Counted from the first letter of the stretch, positions 1-11,984 are shown. The stretch is 33,005 bases of DNA from Squatina squatina (GCA_031763465.1 JARFOE010000007.1:3720484-3753488); one strand, 5' to 3'. A program made the numbers and translations. The notes: generated by a model from the sequence alone, not told the origin.

Positions 1-1540
1 GCATTCAATACAATTGGGGTGCTCAACTGTGGCGCTTACAATTCCTACCACAAGTCCTTTGAACCCTGCCGAATCGGCTTTGGCTTCTTTGCAATGCCAT
101 TTCTAAACTTTGTAAGACAAGGCTTTTTAATAACACCCTTCGGTCATTGGTTAGGCTTGCCAATTATGTCCCTTTGTACATAAAACCAGAATTACTACAT
201 GTGAAGAAGTTTGGTTTGTAGAAGTACACTGGTAAATGGCATTCTCCACCACTAAAACGTCCCAATCGGAGGTAGTTTATTCCGTTGTGGACATCTGATT
301 AAATTGGGCTGAGGCCACTGATATATTTTATAATTTCCACAGCTGTAGTAAGAGGAGGCAATCCGGCTGGATTTGAATGCGAGCCGTCATTCTTATATAA
401 AAACCAGACTTATTACAAAAATCAGAATGAATGAATGAATGAAAGAAGAACATAAAATGCTGACAACACACAGTCTGTATTCGAAAGAGAAACTATGTCT
501 TCACTTCCCAACTGAAGTGGTTATTTTTTCCAATGTTCACGATTTCTCTTTATCTTGAAAGATCTTCTGTAGGAAAAAGTTTTTTCTCATCAGATAGGGC
601 AGTGATTCACCAACTTTTATGTTGGAAGCCAGAACTGATAAATACTTAGAGGGGAAAAAAAATTGCAGGTTTATGGGGAGAGCAAAGGGGACTAATTGGA
701 GCCAGCACAGGCATAATGTGCCAAATGGCCTCCTTCTGTACTGACAACGAGGGGTGCAGCAAGCCGCTAGAAAGGGCACCCCCTCCCCTCGTCTAGGGGT
801 TATGACCAACGCGTTGAGAACCACGGAGATACAATGCACAGTTGATAAAGATTACAACTGACAAAATGCAGCTTTACACAGTATGTCTGAAAATTTATGT
901 AGAGAATGGATCACTTTTAATCTCAGCTACTGCATGAACTCCGCCATTTTAATTACTATAAAAGAAAACCCGCCGTGACTGAGGGAAGGAGTTTACGTGG
1001 CAGCTTGTGACTAGTTTATAGGCTGCCAACGTGCCTCAGTTACTGGCTTAATAACACCGCTGCTGCTCAAACAACGTCCTGCTGCTTGGCAAGCGCACAG
1101 AGTTTGGGAGGTAACCGTAACACTATAGACTCAACAATGATTCAATTCAGAAAGGCCGAAATATGATACTTTCAGAGTGTTAAACACTATTTACATATAA
1201 ACTGCCCAGGCTTAAACATGGAAGAATTTGTCTTTCTTAGCAAAGCGATCCAATACCCCCACCCCGCCCACCTCCCTCGCCCCCCACTACCCCCTGCCCA
1301 TACAAAATATTACCCCCCAAGGTCACAAAAAATTCTCATTCCAGCCAAAAGAAAAATGCAAGTGTTGTCTTTTCTTCTATTTAATACAGTAACTGTTTTA
1401 AAGTTTTAGGTGCCTGAACGTTTGTGTGAAAAAGGGGCCANNNNNNNNNNNNNNNNNNNNNNNNNNNNNNNNNNNNNNNNNNNNNNNNNNNNNNNNNNNN
1501 NNNNNNNNNNNNNNNNNNNNNNNNNNNNNNNNNNNNNNNN

Positions 1541-2002
1541 GCCCCGGCCCCGAAATTGGCTTTTGCTCCTTGAAGCAGTGCAGGGCAAGAACAGCGACAG
1601 CTTCAGGGGATGCGTATCGGGCAGCCAGCCACTGCCAGGGCGAAAATTAAATGGGGAGGCCTCCAAGTGCAGAAAAAAAAACGTAACTTTTCGTTGCTGC
1701 TTCTCAGGCGGTTTCGTCACGGGGTCGTGGCCGCGCTCGCTCAGCCTGACACATTGATCATGCAGCATCCCTGCTCCCCGGTGGTCCAGGTAGGTGCCTT
1801 CGTCTCTTGCAGAGTAGGCAGTGTGGGCCATTCCCTTTAGTTGAGGGAAGAGCCCCTCGGAAGTGGCAGCGCTACACGGCCAAGTGCGTAGTGCTTGCCG
1901 AGACGTCTGCTCTGTTACTGTCCCAGGAAGGTAACACGAATTTATCAAGCGGTTGGGGCAGGGGGGAGGGGACTTCCGCACCTGCCGCAAATTTTTGCCC
2001 CT
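1541..2002. mobile_element. GC/CpG-rich segment, probably a non-autonomous DNA transposon (Harbinger-type MITE)
   Basis: Sharp GC rise within an intron; end motif gcaaatttttgcccc and internal gggcgaaaatt. No TSD can be verified because the left end abuts a gap. Confidence 0.35.
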
Positions 2003-2123
2003 CCCGGATGTTACTGTCCTCAAATGGGTTAATCATTAACCAAATAAAAAGCATAAACAAAGCATGAAAACAATTCGACAGCTAAATATAACAAGATTAT
2101 TCTGTCACAGCAGGTGAGTTTAC

Positions 2124-2685
2124 CTTTCAAACCAACTGGCTCCACATTCCCATTGGCATCCAGCACAGTGTTAAATTCCTGATCAGTACGACCTTGTATC
2201 GCTTTTGTATCCAAAGAAAGACTGTCGGCCTTCTCACCCCCAAGGAAAAAATCTTCATTTTTGCCATTTGCTTCACTTCCCAATCCATTACCTTCCACCA
2301 CCCAGGTATCTTCCGTGAACTCATCCAAAGGCTTCCCATTTTGTTGAAACTGATCCTCAGAATCGGAAGAGCTGTTCACCATATAATCAGCAGGTTCCTC
2401 AACTATACTGAGCAGTACTTCCTGGTTTGGGGAATACACAACTGCATCACTGGGTTTGGATAAGAACTCCAATGTCTCTTTGGGTCCATCACCTTCATTA
2501 GGGACAGTTGGACTTTCCAATGCTACTGGCAACCAAGGTGACTCTTCTTCTGAGATGCATTTGAACAACAACTCTTCAGTGTCCTCATTCTGAAAAGCAC
2601 CTTTCTTTAAATCCACTATCGACTGGATTTCCATTGGCAAAATGTGGTCCTCACCCAAGCTAGAATCAGAGGCAGTTTCTAGCAA
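2124..2685 (-). CDS. AKAP13: Probable AKAP13 large acidic exon, 3' segment
   Basis: Acidic open frame LLETASDSSLGEDHILPMEIQ...DANGNVEPVGLK ending at a phase-1 donor (AAA G|gtaaac, GT at 2123-2122). Fits the long, poorly conserved exon in the AKAP13 N-terminal half. Confidence 0.7.
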
Positions 2686-2724
2686 TGCGTCAACCTGTTT
2701 GGACCACTCGTCGTNNNNNNNNNN

Positions 2725-2828
2725 GGGAGGGCAGCACTGTCGGAGGGGCAGTACTGCAGGAGCGCTGCTCTGTTGAAGGGGCAGTACTGAGGGAGTTCTG
2801 CACTATCGGAGAGGCAGTACTGAGGGAG
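2725..2828 (+). repeat. 33-bp tandem repeat derived from the Deu-SINE body
   Basis: gcagtactg recurs at 2748, 2781 and 2814. The unit matches the SINE segment cagtgctgagggagtgccgcactgtcgga at about 15715-15743. Confidence 0.8.
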
Positions 2829-2891
2829 GGTTCGACCAGTCTGACTTCGACCAGGGTTATCCGATACATCAGCCAACGGCCGCATGCGGCG

Positions 2892-3150
2892 AATTGCATT
2901 TCCAACTGGTCATCGTTTTGTTCAGGCTCACTTTCTAAAATATTTAAAGGTAGCACTTCTGGTGCAGCGTCACTCTGCTCAGATTCCTCAATGTCATTAA
3001 ATGAAAGAGGCATTTCAGACACTTCCAGATTCTGCGCAGGTTCTTCCTCTTCAGTCGTTTCGTGGCTTACTCCTTCGCACTCCTGATCTGAACCACAAAT
3101 CAAGTCTAGTGAATTTACACAGATCTTGTTAAGAAAACCATTTTTTACCT
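2892..3150 (-). CDS. AKAP13: Probable AKAP13 large acidic/disordered exon, segment upstream of the insert (5' end lost in gap)
   Basis: Open from the gap edge: VKNGFLNKICVNSLDLICGSDQECEGVSHETTEEEEPAQNLEVSE...DDQLEMQ. Very acidic, on the same strand and downstream of the AKAP13 exons. Joins in frame with 2124-2683 if the insert is removed. Assigned by position and composition, not by a motif. Confidence 0.7.
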
Positions 3151-5157
3151 NNNNNNNNNNNNNNNNNNNNNNNNNNNNNNNNNNNNNNNNNNNNNNNNNN
3201 NNNNNNNNNNNNNNNNNNNNNNNNNNNNNNNNNNNNNNNNNNNNNNNNNNCTATCACAAGGAAATTACTATAATATTAAATATATGTGTGTTTAAAATCC
3301 TGATTTTAACATCTGAATTGAATTGGAGGTGTAACCATCATAGGACCACGAGGCTCAGTCTCAGGATTGAAGATGACTATTTTGGTCCATCTGACCAAGT
3401 GCTTAGACATAACACACAGTTCAGTGTCTATATTACTCATTTGATTTTCTCACCAAATGCTTTTCTATTTTTGATTTAAAATTTTTTTAAATTAAGCTTA
3501 ATTTGAATGCATTTTGATTTATTTCAGTTTCCCATTTCTATTGATTTTGTGTATTTGGATGATTAACTTAGAAATTGGGTAATGAGTTTTTATATTAAAA
3601 AAAAATCTGAGGGTAATAATACGAAGTCTGTAAATACTTAGGTTTTTATTACCTAGTTTGAGTACCTCTCTTTCCCTTCCCCCATATATTCCAGGTATGG
3701 TGCCACAACATGATGGAGCTCCAGTCTGTGCAGTGATGGGGTTTTGGTTTACACCATGGATTTGCTCAGTTGTGTGATGGTGTTGAGCAGCGGGAAGGGA
3801 GGATCACTTGCAAGCCAAGTTTGTGCGCCTCCTGTTGGCTGGTCATGGAGTGACACTGACAGAGAGCTGAATGCAGGTCAAATTGCTAGTCTTTGTAGTG
3901 TATGATGTGATGCAGAGTGACCAGCATATAAAAAAAAACAGAAGGCACCAGCAAACTGCAAGCCAACGATCCCATTAGCACCATGACCTTTTTTTCACCC
4001 CCTTGAAACTGCTCTCAAGACGAATAACCATTCAAAGAGAGAACCAGTGCAACTGGAAAATACTCAGGATTGAACAGTTATTTATCTCAATGCTCATGGT
4101 CTGTTAACTCGCACATAAAATGCTCACTTCAAAAGAATTGCAGCTTACATAAAGATTGAGACAGACTGCTGGTGTCTATCCACAAGACCATGACTGGCTG
4201 TAGACAAGGATTTTTTTGATTAAAGGTGCCCAGAGTTAATAACCTCCTGAAGCCTTTAGTAAGGGGTCACTTCACCAAAGTCCCTCAGATTTCATTATAC
4301 GCCCAGCAAGGTTGCGAGGATTTCAGTAAAGCATAACGGTGATAGGTGAAAAATTTCACGCACTGTGGAAAGCACACAGCACAGTCGGAAGCTGCTTTTA
4401 TAGTGGGTTAAGTGCCCTGTTCACCTCACAATGAGCTGCTGGCAGCCCAAAATAACTTGCTAAATTTGCAACGGCCAGCAGCCATTTTTCTTTAAGCGGT
4501 CTTCTTGATAGCCAGTCTTAGTGAATACACCAAGTTTATTTTGGGGTTGTCCCAAGACCTGCGTAACTGGGAGTCGTGATAAACACAAGTCTCACGCAAG
4601 ATAAAACCCGCTATAGATTCACCTCGATGTCTTCTTGTGTTTCTTTTGAAAAAAAAACAGGTTTACAAGCCCATTTATTAAAACATAAACAAAGTCATTA
4701 AAATTAGCACTGAGGAAAATATCGGGCTTGCCTTTCCAAACTTTGGTTGTGTCTCGAGAGAAGGCTTTGAGTTGTACAACACTGGGATAGGTGCGTTACT
4801 GCTGATGGTAGCAGTGAAATAATTTGGGGAATAATCAAGGGCTGTATGCACAAAGCAGGCTGGCACAGATGCCAATTTTCCAAATGCTGTACTGGTACCA
4901 ATAAGTCCATCAAAAGCCCATCAAAATTCAGTTGAGCCACAGATTTTGCCCCATTTAGTGACTTTGCATCATATTTCATTTTTTCTCTTTACTTCTTGCT
5001 CTCTACATTACAAATCTCTTCATCTATCTGGGCAGATCTTTGATCCCAACTCCAGATGTTGCAGCCAAATCTCTCGTCTGGATTACGCTACGATCCTGTC
5101 TGGAACAGTATAGCCAGAGGTTTTCTTGCGACATCAGGAGCAGGGAGCCAGTGTATC

Positions 5158-5508
5158 AAAGAATCATAGAAATTTATGGCACAGAAGGCGGTCATTACCA
5201 TCATCGTGTCTGTGCCAGCTGAAAAAGAGCCATCCAGCTTAATCCCACTTTCCAGCTCTTGGTCCGTAGCCCTGTAGGTTACGGCACTTCAAGGGCACAT
5301 CCAAGTATTTTTTAAATGTGATGAGGGTTTCTGCCTCTACCACCCTCTCAGGCAGTGAGTTCCAGACCCCCACCACCCTCTGGGTGAAAAAAAGTTCTCC
5401 TCAAATCCCCTCTAATCCTCCTACCAATTATATTAAATCTATATCCCCTGGTTATTGACCTCTCTGCTCAGGGGGATAGGCCCTTCCATCTAGGCCCCTC
5501 ATAATTTT
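5158..5508 (-). mobile_element. CR1-type LINE 3' fragment
   Basis: Typical chondrichthyan CR1 3' end (catagaa...ggcacagaaggcgg...); the minus strand carries the FFTQRVVGVWNSLP motif. Confidence 0.85.
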
Positions 5509-6187
5509 AATAAAATGACTCCTGCCAACGAACCTGAAGCTCAGCAGAAGCATTCTACGCATAAATGTCAGGTCCCAAATTTGAAAAAACAATGTTCACC
5601 ACACCAGGCAGAGGAGCTGAGAGCGATAATCACACTCGGCGAGATTACAATAAAACTCTCGCAAGCTGACAACATCCTAATATCGCCTTGAAGTCACATT
5701 ACAGACCTCACAGCACCTGAGATTTCCACCCCTCACCTTTCTTACCAATCTGTGGGAAGTCCGGCGAGAACAAACAAAAAACCTCTGGAACTGGCACACA
5801 CAACTACTTTATGTCGCTGGTAGCAGTCGCATCCATTAATGGTATATTCACTCTGCTTCTGTGCAACTATACGAGCCAGAATGAATCATGATAATCCACA
5901 TCAAATAACCAAGCTAATTTCTTCACTGGGGATTTTGGCTGGTAGAGAATAGCAGAAATTGAGATGGCAGCGGCAGTTGTTGCTGCAGGTGGAAGTTTTG
6001 TTTTCCTGTCGGCTCCAAACTGGAAGTAAAGAGACAAAAAATCCATGGCGGCCACGTTTTGGTGTAAGTGCCAGGAGGGTCTTGCTGGGACCCTCCACCA
6101 CTTCTCCTAGCAGACTTAGGAGGTTCCTTTATTTGCATACTAGTGGAAGGCATCTGCTCCACTCTGAGGCGGATCAAGAGGAACAAG

Positions 6188-6261
6188 TAGATCAGAGGAC
6201 CTCCTTGTTGAACTGCTCCTGAGCCTGGCAAAGGTGGCCATTAACAGGTCCACGCAGCGGG
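6188..6261 (+). mobile_element. Tx1/L1-clade LINE ORF2 C-terminal fragment, running into a gap
   Basis: Reads EDLLVELLLSLAKVAINRSTQR, resembling the recalled Tx1-like motif DLLVNLLLGLAKLAI..SR. Confidence 0.55.
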
Positions 6262-6361
6262 NNNNNNNNNNNNNNNNNNNNNNNNNNNNNNNNNNNNNNN
6301 NNNNNNNNNNNNNNNNNNNNNNNNNNNNNNNNNNNNNNNNNNNNNNNNNNNNNNNNNNNNN

Positions 6362-6505
6362 GATCGATAGACTACTGCTAACCATGGGTATTAAAGGATA
6401 TGGAGCCAAGGCAGTTGGGTGGAGTTAGGATGCAGATCCCTCATGATGTATTGAATGGTGGAACAGGCTCGAGGGGCTGAATGGACTACTCCTGTTCCTA
6501 TGTTG
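6362..6505 (+). mobile_element. CR1-type LINE 3' end
   Basis: IDRLLLTMGIKGYGAKAVGWS* followed by the tail ggaacaggctcgaggggctgaatggactactcctgttcctatg. Confidence 0.85.
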
Positions 6506-6545
6506 CGGTGGTAGATCAACAAATCAGTTTCTGAACAGTCCCTAC

Positions 6546-6842
6546 CTGGCAGCTTGGTGTCTGGTCCCAGGACATTCCACCTGGAGGGCAGCACCAGATG
6601 TTGCACCTCTAGAGTCAGATTTTTATCCAGCAGTGCCACATTGTTGGAGGATACGCGAAAGTTATCTATTATCCTAATGGCGTTGAGTGCTTCTTGAGAT
6701 CCAGCACTGCTCACCAGGAACTGTGCCATGTCGTACGCAGCATTCTGTACATACCGAAAATTTTCTTCTGCCAACACAGAGACGGGAAATCCTTCCTTGC
6801 AGGCACACAGCACAACTTTCACCGTCTCACAGCAGTTGTGAG
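6546..6842 (-). CDS. AKAP13: AKAP13 N-terminal coding exon, next after 11579-11726
   Basis: Encodes (A)HNCCETVKVVLCACKEGFPVSVLAEENFRYVQNAAYDMAQFLVSSAGSQEALN...LDKNLTLEVQHLVLPSRWNVLGPDTKLP, versus human HDCCETVKVQLCASKEGLPVFVVAEEDFHFVQDEAYDAAQFLATSAGNQQALN...LDKKLVLAFRHLKLPTEWNVLG. Acceptor ctttgcag, donor gtagg; 297 nt, phase 1 to 1, in frame with the previous exon. Confidence 0.95.
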
Positions 6843-6957
6843 CTGCAAAGAGGAAGAAGAAACACAAAATTATGGAGAATACAAAAGGTGCGATTTAAAA
6901 AAATATATATTATTACCCCAAGGCGATCAATACTCCAGGTAGTGTGTTTTGAACCCA

Positions 6958-7025
6958 GCTAGGGTTGGGAAATAAATTGCAGGCCTTGCCAGCAACGCTT
7001 ACATCCCGTGAATGACTAATAAAAG
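6958..7025 (+). mobile_element. 3' tail shared by a shark CR1-clade LINE and its SINE
   Basis: ctagggttgggaaataaattgcaggccttgccagcaacgcttacatcccgtgaatga is a diverged reverse complement of the tail at 22330-22385. Confidence 0.6.
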
Positions 7026-7065
7026 AAAAGCTGGCTAAATGATTTGGAGGGTTCAAAAGCAAGAT

Positions 7066-7705
7066 TACATAGAATATACAGCACAGAAACAGGCCATTTG
7101 GCCCAACCAGTCCATGCCAGCATTATGCTCCACTCGAGCCTCCTTCATCCTTCCTCATCTAACTATCAGCATAACCCTCTATTCCCTTCTCCCTCATATG
7201 CTTATCTAACCTCTCCTTAAGTGCATCTATACTATTTGCCTCAACCACTCCCTGTGGTAGTGAGTTCCACATTCTCACCACTCTCTGGGCAAAGAAGTTT
7301 CTTCTGAATTTCATATTTGATTTCTTGGTGACCATTTTATTTTGATGGTCTCTAGTTTTGTTCTTCCCCACAAGTGGAAACACTCTGTATCTACTCTATC
7401 ACAACCTTTCATAATTTTAAAGAGCTCTATTAGATCACCCGTCGGCCTTGTATTTTCAAGGGAAAAGAGACCCACCTCTTCATCCTTTCCCGATAGTGTA
7501 CCCTCGTATCTCTGTTATCATCCTTGTAAATCTTCTCTGCACCCTCTCCTGTGCCTCTATATCCTTTTTATAAATATGGCGAGCAGAATCGTATGCAGTA
7601 CTCCAATTTAGTCTAACCAAGATTTAATACAAGTTTAGCATAACTTCACTACTTTTTAATTCAATCCCACTAGAAATAAACCCCAGTGCTTGGTTTGCTT
7701 TTTTT
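7066..7705 (-). mobile_element. CR1-type LINE 3' fragment
   Basis: ORF2 C-terminus MFPLVGKNKTRDHQ...FRRNFFAQRVVRMWNSLPQGVVEANSIDALKERLDKHMREKGIEGY. Confidence 0.9.
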
Positions 7706-7999
7706 ATGGCTACTTTCAGCTACTCACAGCTCAACTCTGCTCCCTCAACAACAATCTAACTTTCTTCACTCATGTCCACACCCTGCCCAGAAGGGTGTTG
7801 TGGATAGCCACTCCCACAAGCAAAGGCGCTGTGCTATTTCTCTTACAAAAACTTAACTCAATCTTTCTGCTTGAGCTTAAACACTCGCATGCTCGACTAG
7901 AGGAAGGCATCACACCCAAAATCCATCTCCTAACTGGAGTTGCTAAATGGCAACTGACAGCAGGACTCCTCCATAATATGGGGTTCTGAGATCACTTCT

Positions 8000-8515
8000 A
8001 GGGCCCGATCCTGGCTGCGATTAACTGGGAATAGTCCTGCCTTTAATGCAAATGTTAATACGTAAATGTGATGCATTTTTGTGGGAAGTACTCATTTAAA
8101 ATATTTTCTGCTTCAATCTGTATGTGATGCTCTAACGGCAGAGTGCACACATCAGTAAATGTTGTGCAGGCAGGCCATCCCAGCTCCATTCTCCTACTTT
8201 TAGATATTGACCAACCTGTTGCGTGCCAGGCTGGTGACCTGGTGACCGGCGTCCCTGGTGGCCCAGTGTCTTTAAGGGAGGCCTGGCTGTGCTGCTGATG
8301 CGACGTTGCTGACGCCACTGGCATCTAAGGCCAGCCGCCCCAGGAGCAACCGGGAGCGCGCTGTGCCTTGCAGGCACCCCAGAATTCCAGGAGTTGGGTG
8401 GGCACCAGCAAGAGAAATGCCGGCTCCCGTCCCATGCGCGTTTTCAGCATGGCGCCAATAAATTTCAAGCCCCACTTGTTCCTGAACTGGAGCAGGGCAC
8501 GGAATTTGACCCCCA
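8000..8515. mobile_element. Probable MITE-like DNA transposon
   Basis: GC-rich block ending ggaatttgacccc, with ctttaaggga and catggcgcc motifs recalled from shark non-autonomous elements. Confidence 0.35.
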
Positions 8516-9914
8516 CCTCATCATTTGTTGTTGCTCCATGGGAGGGTACCGGTCCCAAACTGGGTTTCTCAAAAAATGATGCTCACTTCTTGTATGCAAA
8601 ACCATGAAGACTCTCTGCTGGCTGAAGACTATAGACTGCCTTCAGAGGTCATCTCACCTGCAGGAGTATAATTCCAAATCTTCTGGATCCTTTGCAATCT
8701 TAAATACCTGAATAAGATCACCTCGATACCACTCTCTCCCCAAATCAGGCAAAAGTAAACATCCTAGTACCCTGAAACACATTCATCAACATAATTGACG
8801 TTTTTTGCATTCCCTCAACAGGCCAAGCTGTCCTTGTGACACAGTGTCAGGCTCTGTACACTCATGCTGGGAGTGGATCAGTATTTTGCACAAAACATCA
8901 CGGTGGGCTCTATTCCTCAAGCTAGACATTCTAAGATCCTACCTACACATGGAGCCATGTTGTGATGGTAGTCTAAGCGTGTTTCCCACAAAAACATTCC
9001 CTCCTCTCTGGTTTCCTGTATTCCCACTGTTCATTTTAATTCCCCAACCTCATGATTTTGTATTTTTGTACAATGTATTCTCCACTTTGTGGCCTAAAAA
9101 TCTCTCAGCAAATGCTCTACTTCTTCCCTATTTATGCTCCTCCCAATTTGGTGTAATCACCTCTTTGTTGGTGCAGCTCTCCTAACATCGTCATTATGTG
9201 GATTAAATATGCACTTTTTCCAAAAGCATGTTCAGTTTATAAACCAATAGACATACAATTTATTTAATATTAATGGGTAAATTAATAGTATTCAGTGCAA
9301 AACAATTAAACTTATTATCCTTGATTCATATCAAAACAATACCCTGAGCTCTCTTTCAAGTTAACTAGTTTCCAAAAAACGATGCTCACTTCTTGTATGC
9401 AAAACCGTGGAGTGACTGACTCTCTGCTGGTTGAAGGCTATAGACTGCCTTCTGAGGTCAACTCACCCACAGGAGTATCATTCCAAATCTTTTAAACATG
9501 TACTGAAACAAAGCCCTTTCACAAAAAACTGCATTTTATGTAACTTTATCAGATAACTATTCTTTGTCAATTGCACAGCATGTTTGTATGACAGTTGAAG
9601 TACCGGTGATAGTTGGAACTTATTACTTTGCCCATCCAGTCATCAAAGAGAAAACAGGTACAAACCAAGGCCTCTACATTCAAATTAACACCGATATATT
9701 AAAAACATTTTTGTTTCAAGAGGAATCAATCACAACATTGTATTCAATTCCTTATCAATCCTCAATCAGGCAGTTGTCTGGGTTCCTATTCAAGTACAAT
9801 AGTGGCAATCACACCAAGGACTTCAAGATCTATATGTTTCTGCTTGGGCAAAACTATGGCAGGTGGACTTCAATGTGGGAACTTGGAGAAAGACAAATCA
9901 GAATATTTTCTTAA

Positions 9915-10060
9915 TGTTGAGAAACTAGGAACTGTGGAGCAGTGTGAGATTTAGGTATTCATGTAAATCATTCAGTTTTGGACATCAAACCTCAAGAAGG
10001 ATATACTTGCCTTCGAGTGGGTACAGGACAGTTTTACCAGTGTGATACCAGGGCTTTTAC
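9915..10060 (+). mobile_element. Degenerate CR1 RT fragments
   Basis: gtgagatttaggtattcatgta and cagttttgg...caagaaggatatacttgccttcgagtgggtacag match the CR1 RDLGV and QFW.P...KDI.ALE.VQ segments. Confidence 0.55.
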
Positions 10061-11578
10061 ATGCGGCACCTTGGCGATGTCATCCAAAAAACGCAATTGT
10101 AAGATATAGCCTACCTGTAAATGTCTATATTTATAACATATAGCCTACTTATATGATGTGATGTCTTAAGTGTGTAAACGTACTTTAGAATGTCTGCATT
10201 ACAAGATATAGCCTACCTATAGATGTGATGTCTTATATATGTATAAGCATACTTTAAAAATGTCTGAAATATGATGTTTTGGAATAGTTAAAACAACATG
10301 TATAAACTCAGTATTAATGGAATATAAGGTCGAGAAGCAAAGCATGATGGCCAAATAGGTCAAAAAGAGCTAACTGCAGGAATCTGCTGACCTTGGCTTA
10401 AGATTGCAGACTCACCATCTACAAGAAGGGTGATGAACTAAGAGTTCTGCTCGATAAAACCAGGGACAGGACATTATTTCTGTTACAATATTATACCTAG
10501 GGTTCAAAACATCTCAACAATCTTGATCAGTAAAACAAGATATTGGGCCTGAAATCGTGACCTCCATGGGTGGGATGTTCCCACCTACCTGGGGTGCTCT
10601 GCGCATGCCTGCAGATCCGGCACTTGCAATCTGTCTTGACAGATCATATGCTTAGGCTGGAAAACAGATTTCCAGCACTGAGCTTTGCAAAATTTTCTCA
10701 ACGCTTACACTGGAAATCTGTTAAACTTCTTTATGCATGGTAAAACCTAGCATATATGCTTGGTTTTACCAGCGTAAGAGTTTAAAAAAAATATTTAAAT
10801 CAAAAAAATTTACTGATACATTACTTTAAAGCCATTTCCATTAAGGTAAGTATGTTTTTAAACATTTTAAAAGATTTGTTTTTAAATTAAAAAAAAAAAA
10901 TGTTTTTGTCTTATTTATCTCCTTTTTATTAAATTTTAATGTTAGAATAGTTCTTAAAATGTTTNNNNNNNNNNNNNNNNNNNNNNNNNNNNNNNNNNNN
11001 NNNNNNNNNNNNNNNNNNNNNNNNNNNNNNNNNNNNNNNNNNNNNNNNNNNNNNNNNNNNNNNNCATCAGCCATAAATTAAGTGTCCGTTAGGATGAACA
11101 GGATGGGGAGAGGCTCCTTGGCAGGAAACTAAATGAGAATAAGGTCAGAGTTCAAACCTAGTTGACATCATCAGGAACATAGAAACAGTCTGATGATTGC
11201 CCACTTAACACTGTTTATGATGATGTCAGTGAAGACCAGACTGTTATATAGAAATTCATTTGGGAATACATCATTTCCTCAGTCCATAATACATTGCACT
11301 TAGAGCATCAAGCACTTACACTGTGCAGCAGCTTTGAAGCAGGGTCAATCAAATAACCAGAAGTATGTTGGGCCTCACATCAGAAACGTTGATGTCACTG
11401 TCAGTTTAACATCCTCATTGTGCGAGCTTGAAGCATTTCATTTTCTACTTGCTGAAGCTCATGTATCAAAGGGTAATGTGTTAAGTGGGGTGGCTGGGGT
11501 GGCCGGGGGGGGGGAAGAAGGAAGAAGAGAAAGAGAGGGAGAAGCAACAAAACAAAAAGCCAGGGTATCCTCACTTAC

Positions 11579-11726
11579 CAGGAGCGACAGTCTGCAACGT
11601 ATTCTGGTCCACCCTCTGCGTGCTGGTTAAGTGGCGTTGACTGGAGCCAGAGAACAACAGGTAGAGGGTTACATCCTCTTCGACTGTGTGCTCATCACCC
11701 AAGAGCACAGAGAGCACAGACTCACC
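11579..11726 (-). CDS. AKAP13: AKAP13 (AKAP-Lbc) N-terminal coding exon, equivalent to the second coding exon in human
   Basis: Encodes GESVLSVLLGDEHTVEEDVTLYLLFSGSSQRHLTSTQRVDQNTLQTVAP, matching recalled human AKAP13 GDCVVTVLLAEEDKAEDDVVFYLVFLGSTLRHCTSTRKVSSDTLETIAP and closer to it than to the paralog ARHGEF28. Pyrimidine-rich acceptor ...ttctttccacag, donor gtaagtga; 148 nt, phase 0 to 1. Confidence 0.93.
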
Positions 11727-11984
11727 CTGTGGAAAGAAAGAACAAGAGATCATTAGAAACAGAATCTAAAACTAAACACGGAATTCATCACTAATACAGT
11801 ATTTGTGATCAATTGGTAGGTTTGGACAGTTGAGTGGCGTTGCCTTGAACACTTAGTTATTGTCTTTGTTTTAAAAAAAAGTCANNNNNNNNNNNNNNNN
11901 NNNNNNNNNNNNNNNNNNNNNNNNNNNNNNNNNNNNNNNNNNNNNNNNNNNNNNNNNNNNNNNNNNNNNNNNNNNNNNNNNNNN

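Noticed and set aside
1255-1320. C-rich tract as a functional G-quadruplex on the AKAP13 sense strand
   Set aside because: Such tracts are common in introns and there is no supporting evidence.
1406-2067. Overlapping GC-rich ORFs or a CpG-island promoter
   Set aside because: No recognisable protein; better explained as a GC-rich non-autonomous transposon.
6546-11726. ARHGEF28 (RGNEF) as the identity of the minus-strand gene
   Set aside because: Motifs CCETVKV.LCA.KEG, AQFL..SAG.Q.ALN and the SV2B neighbour fit AKAP13 better.
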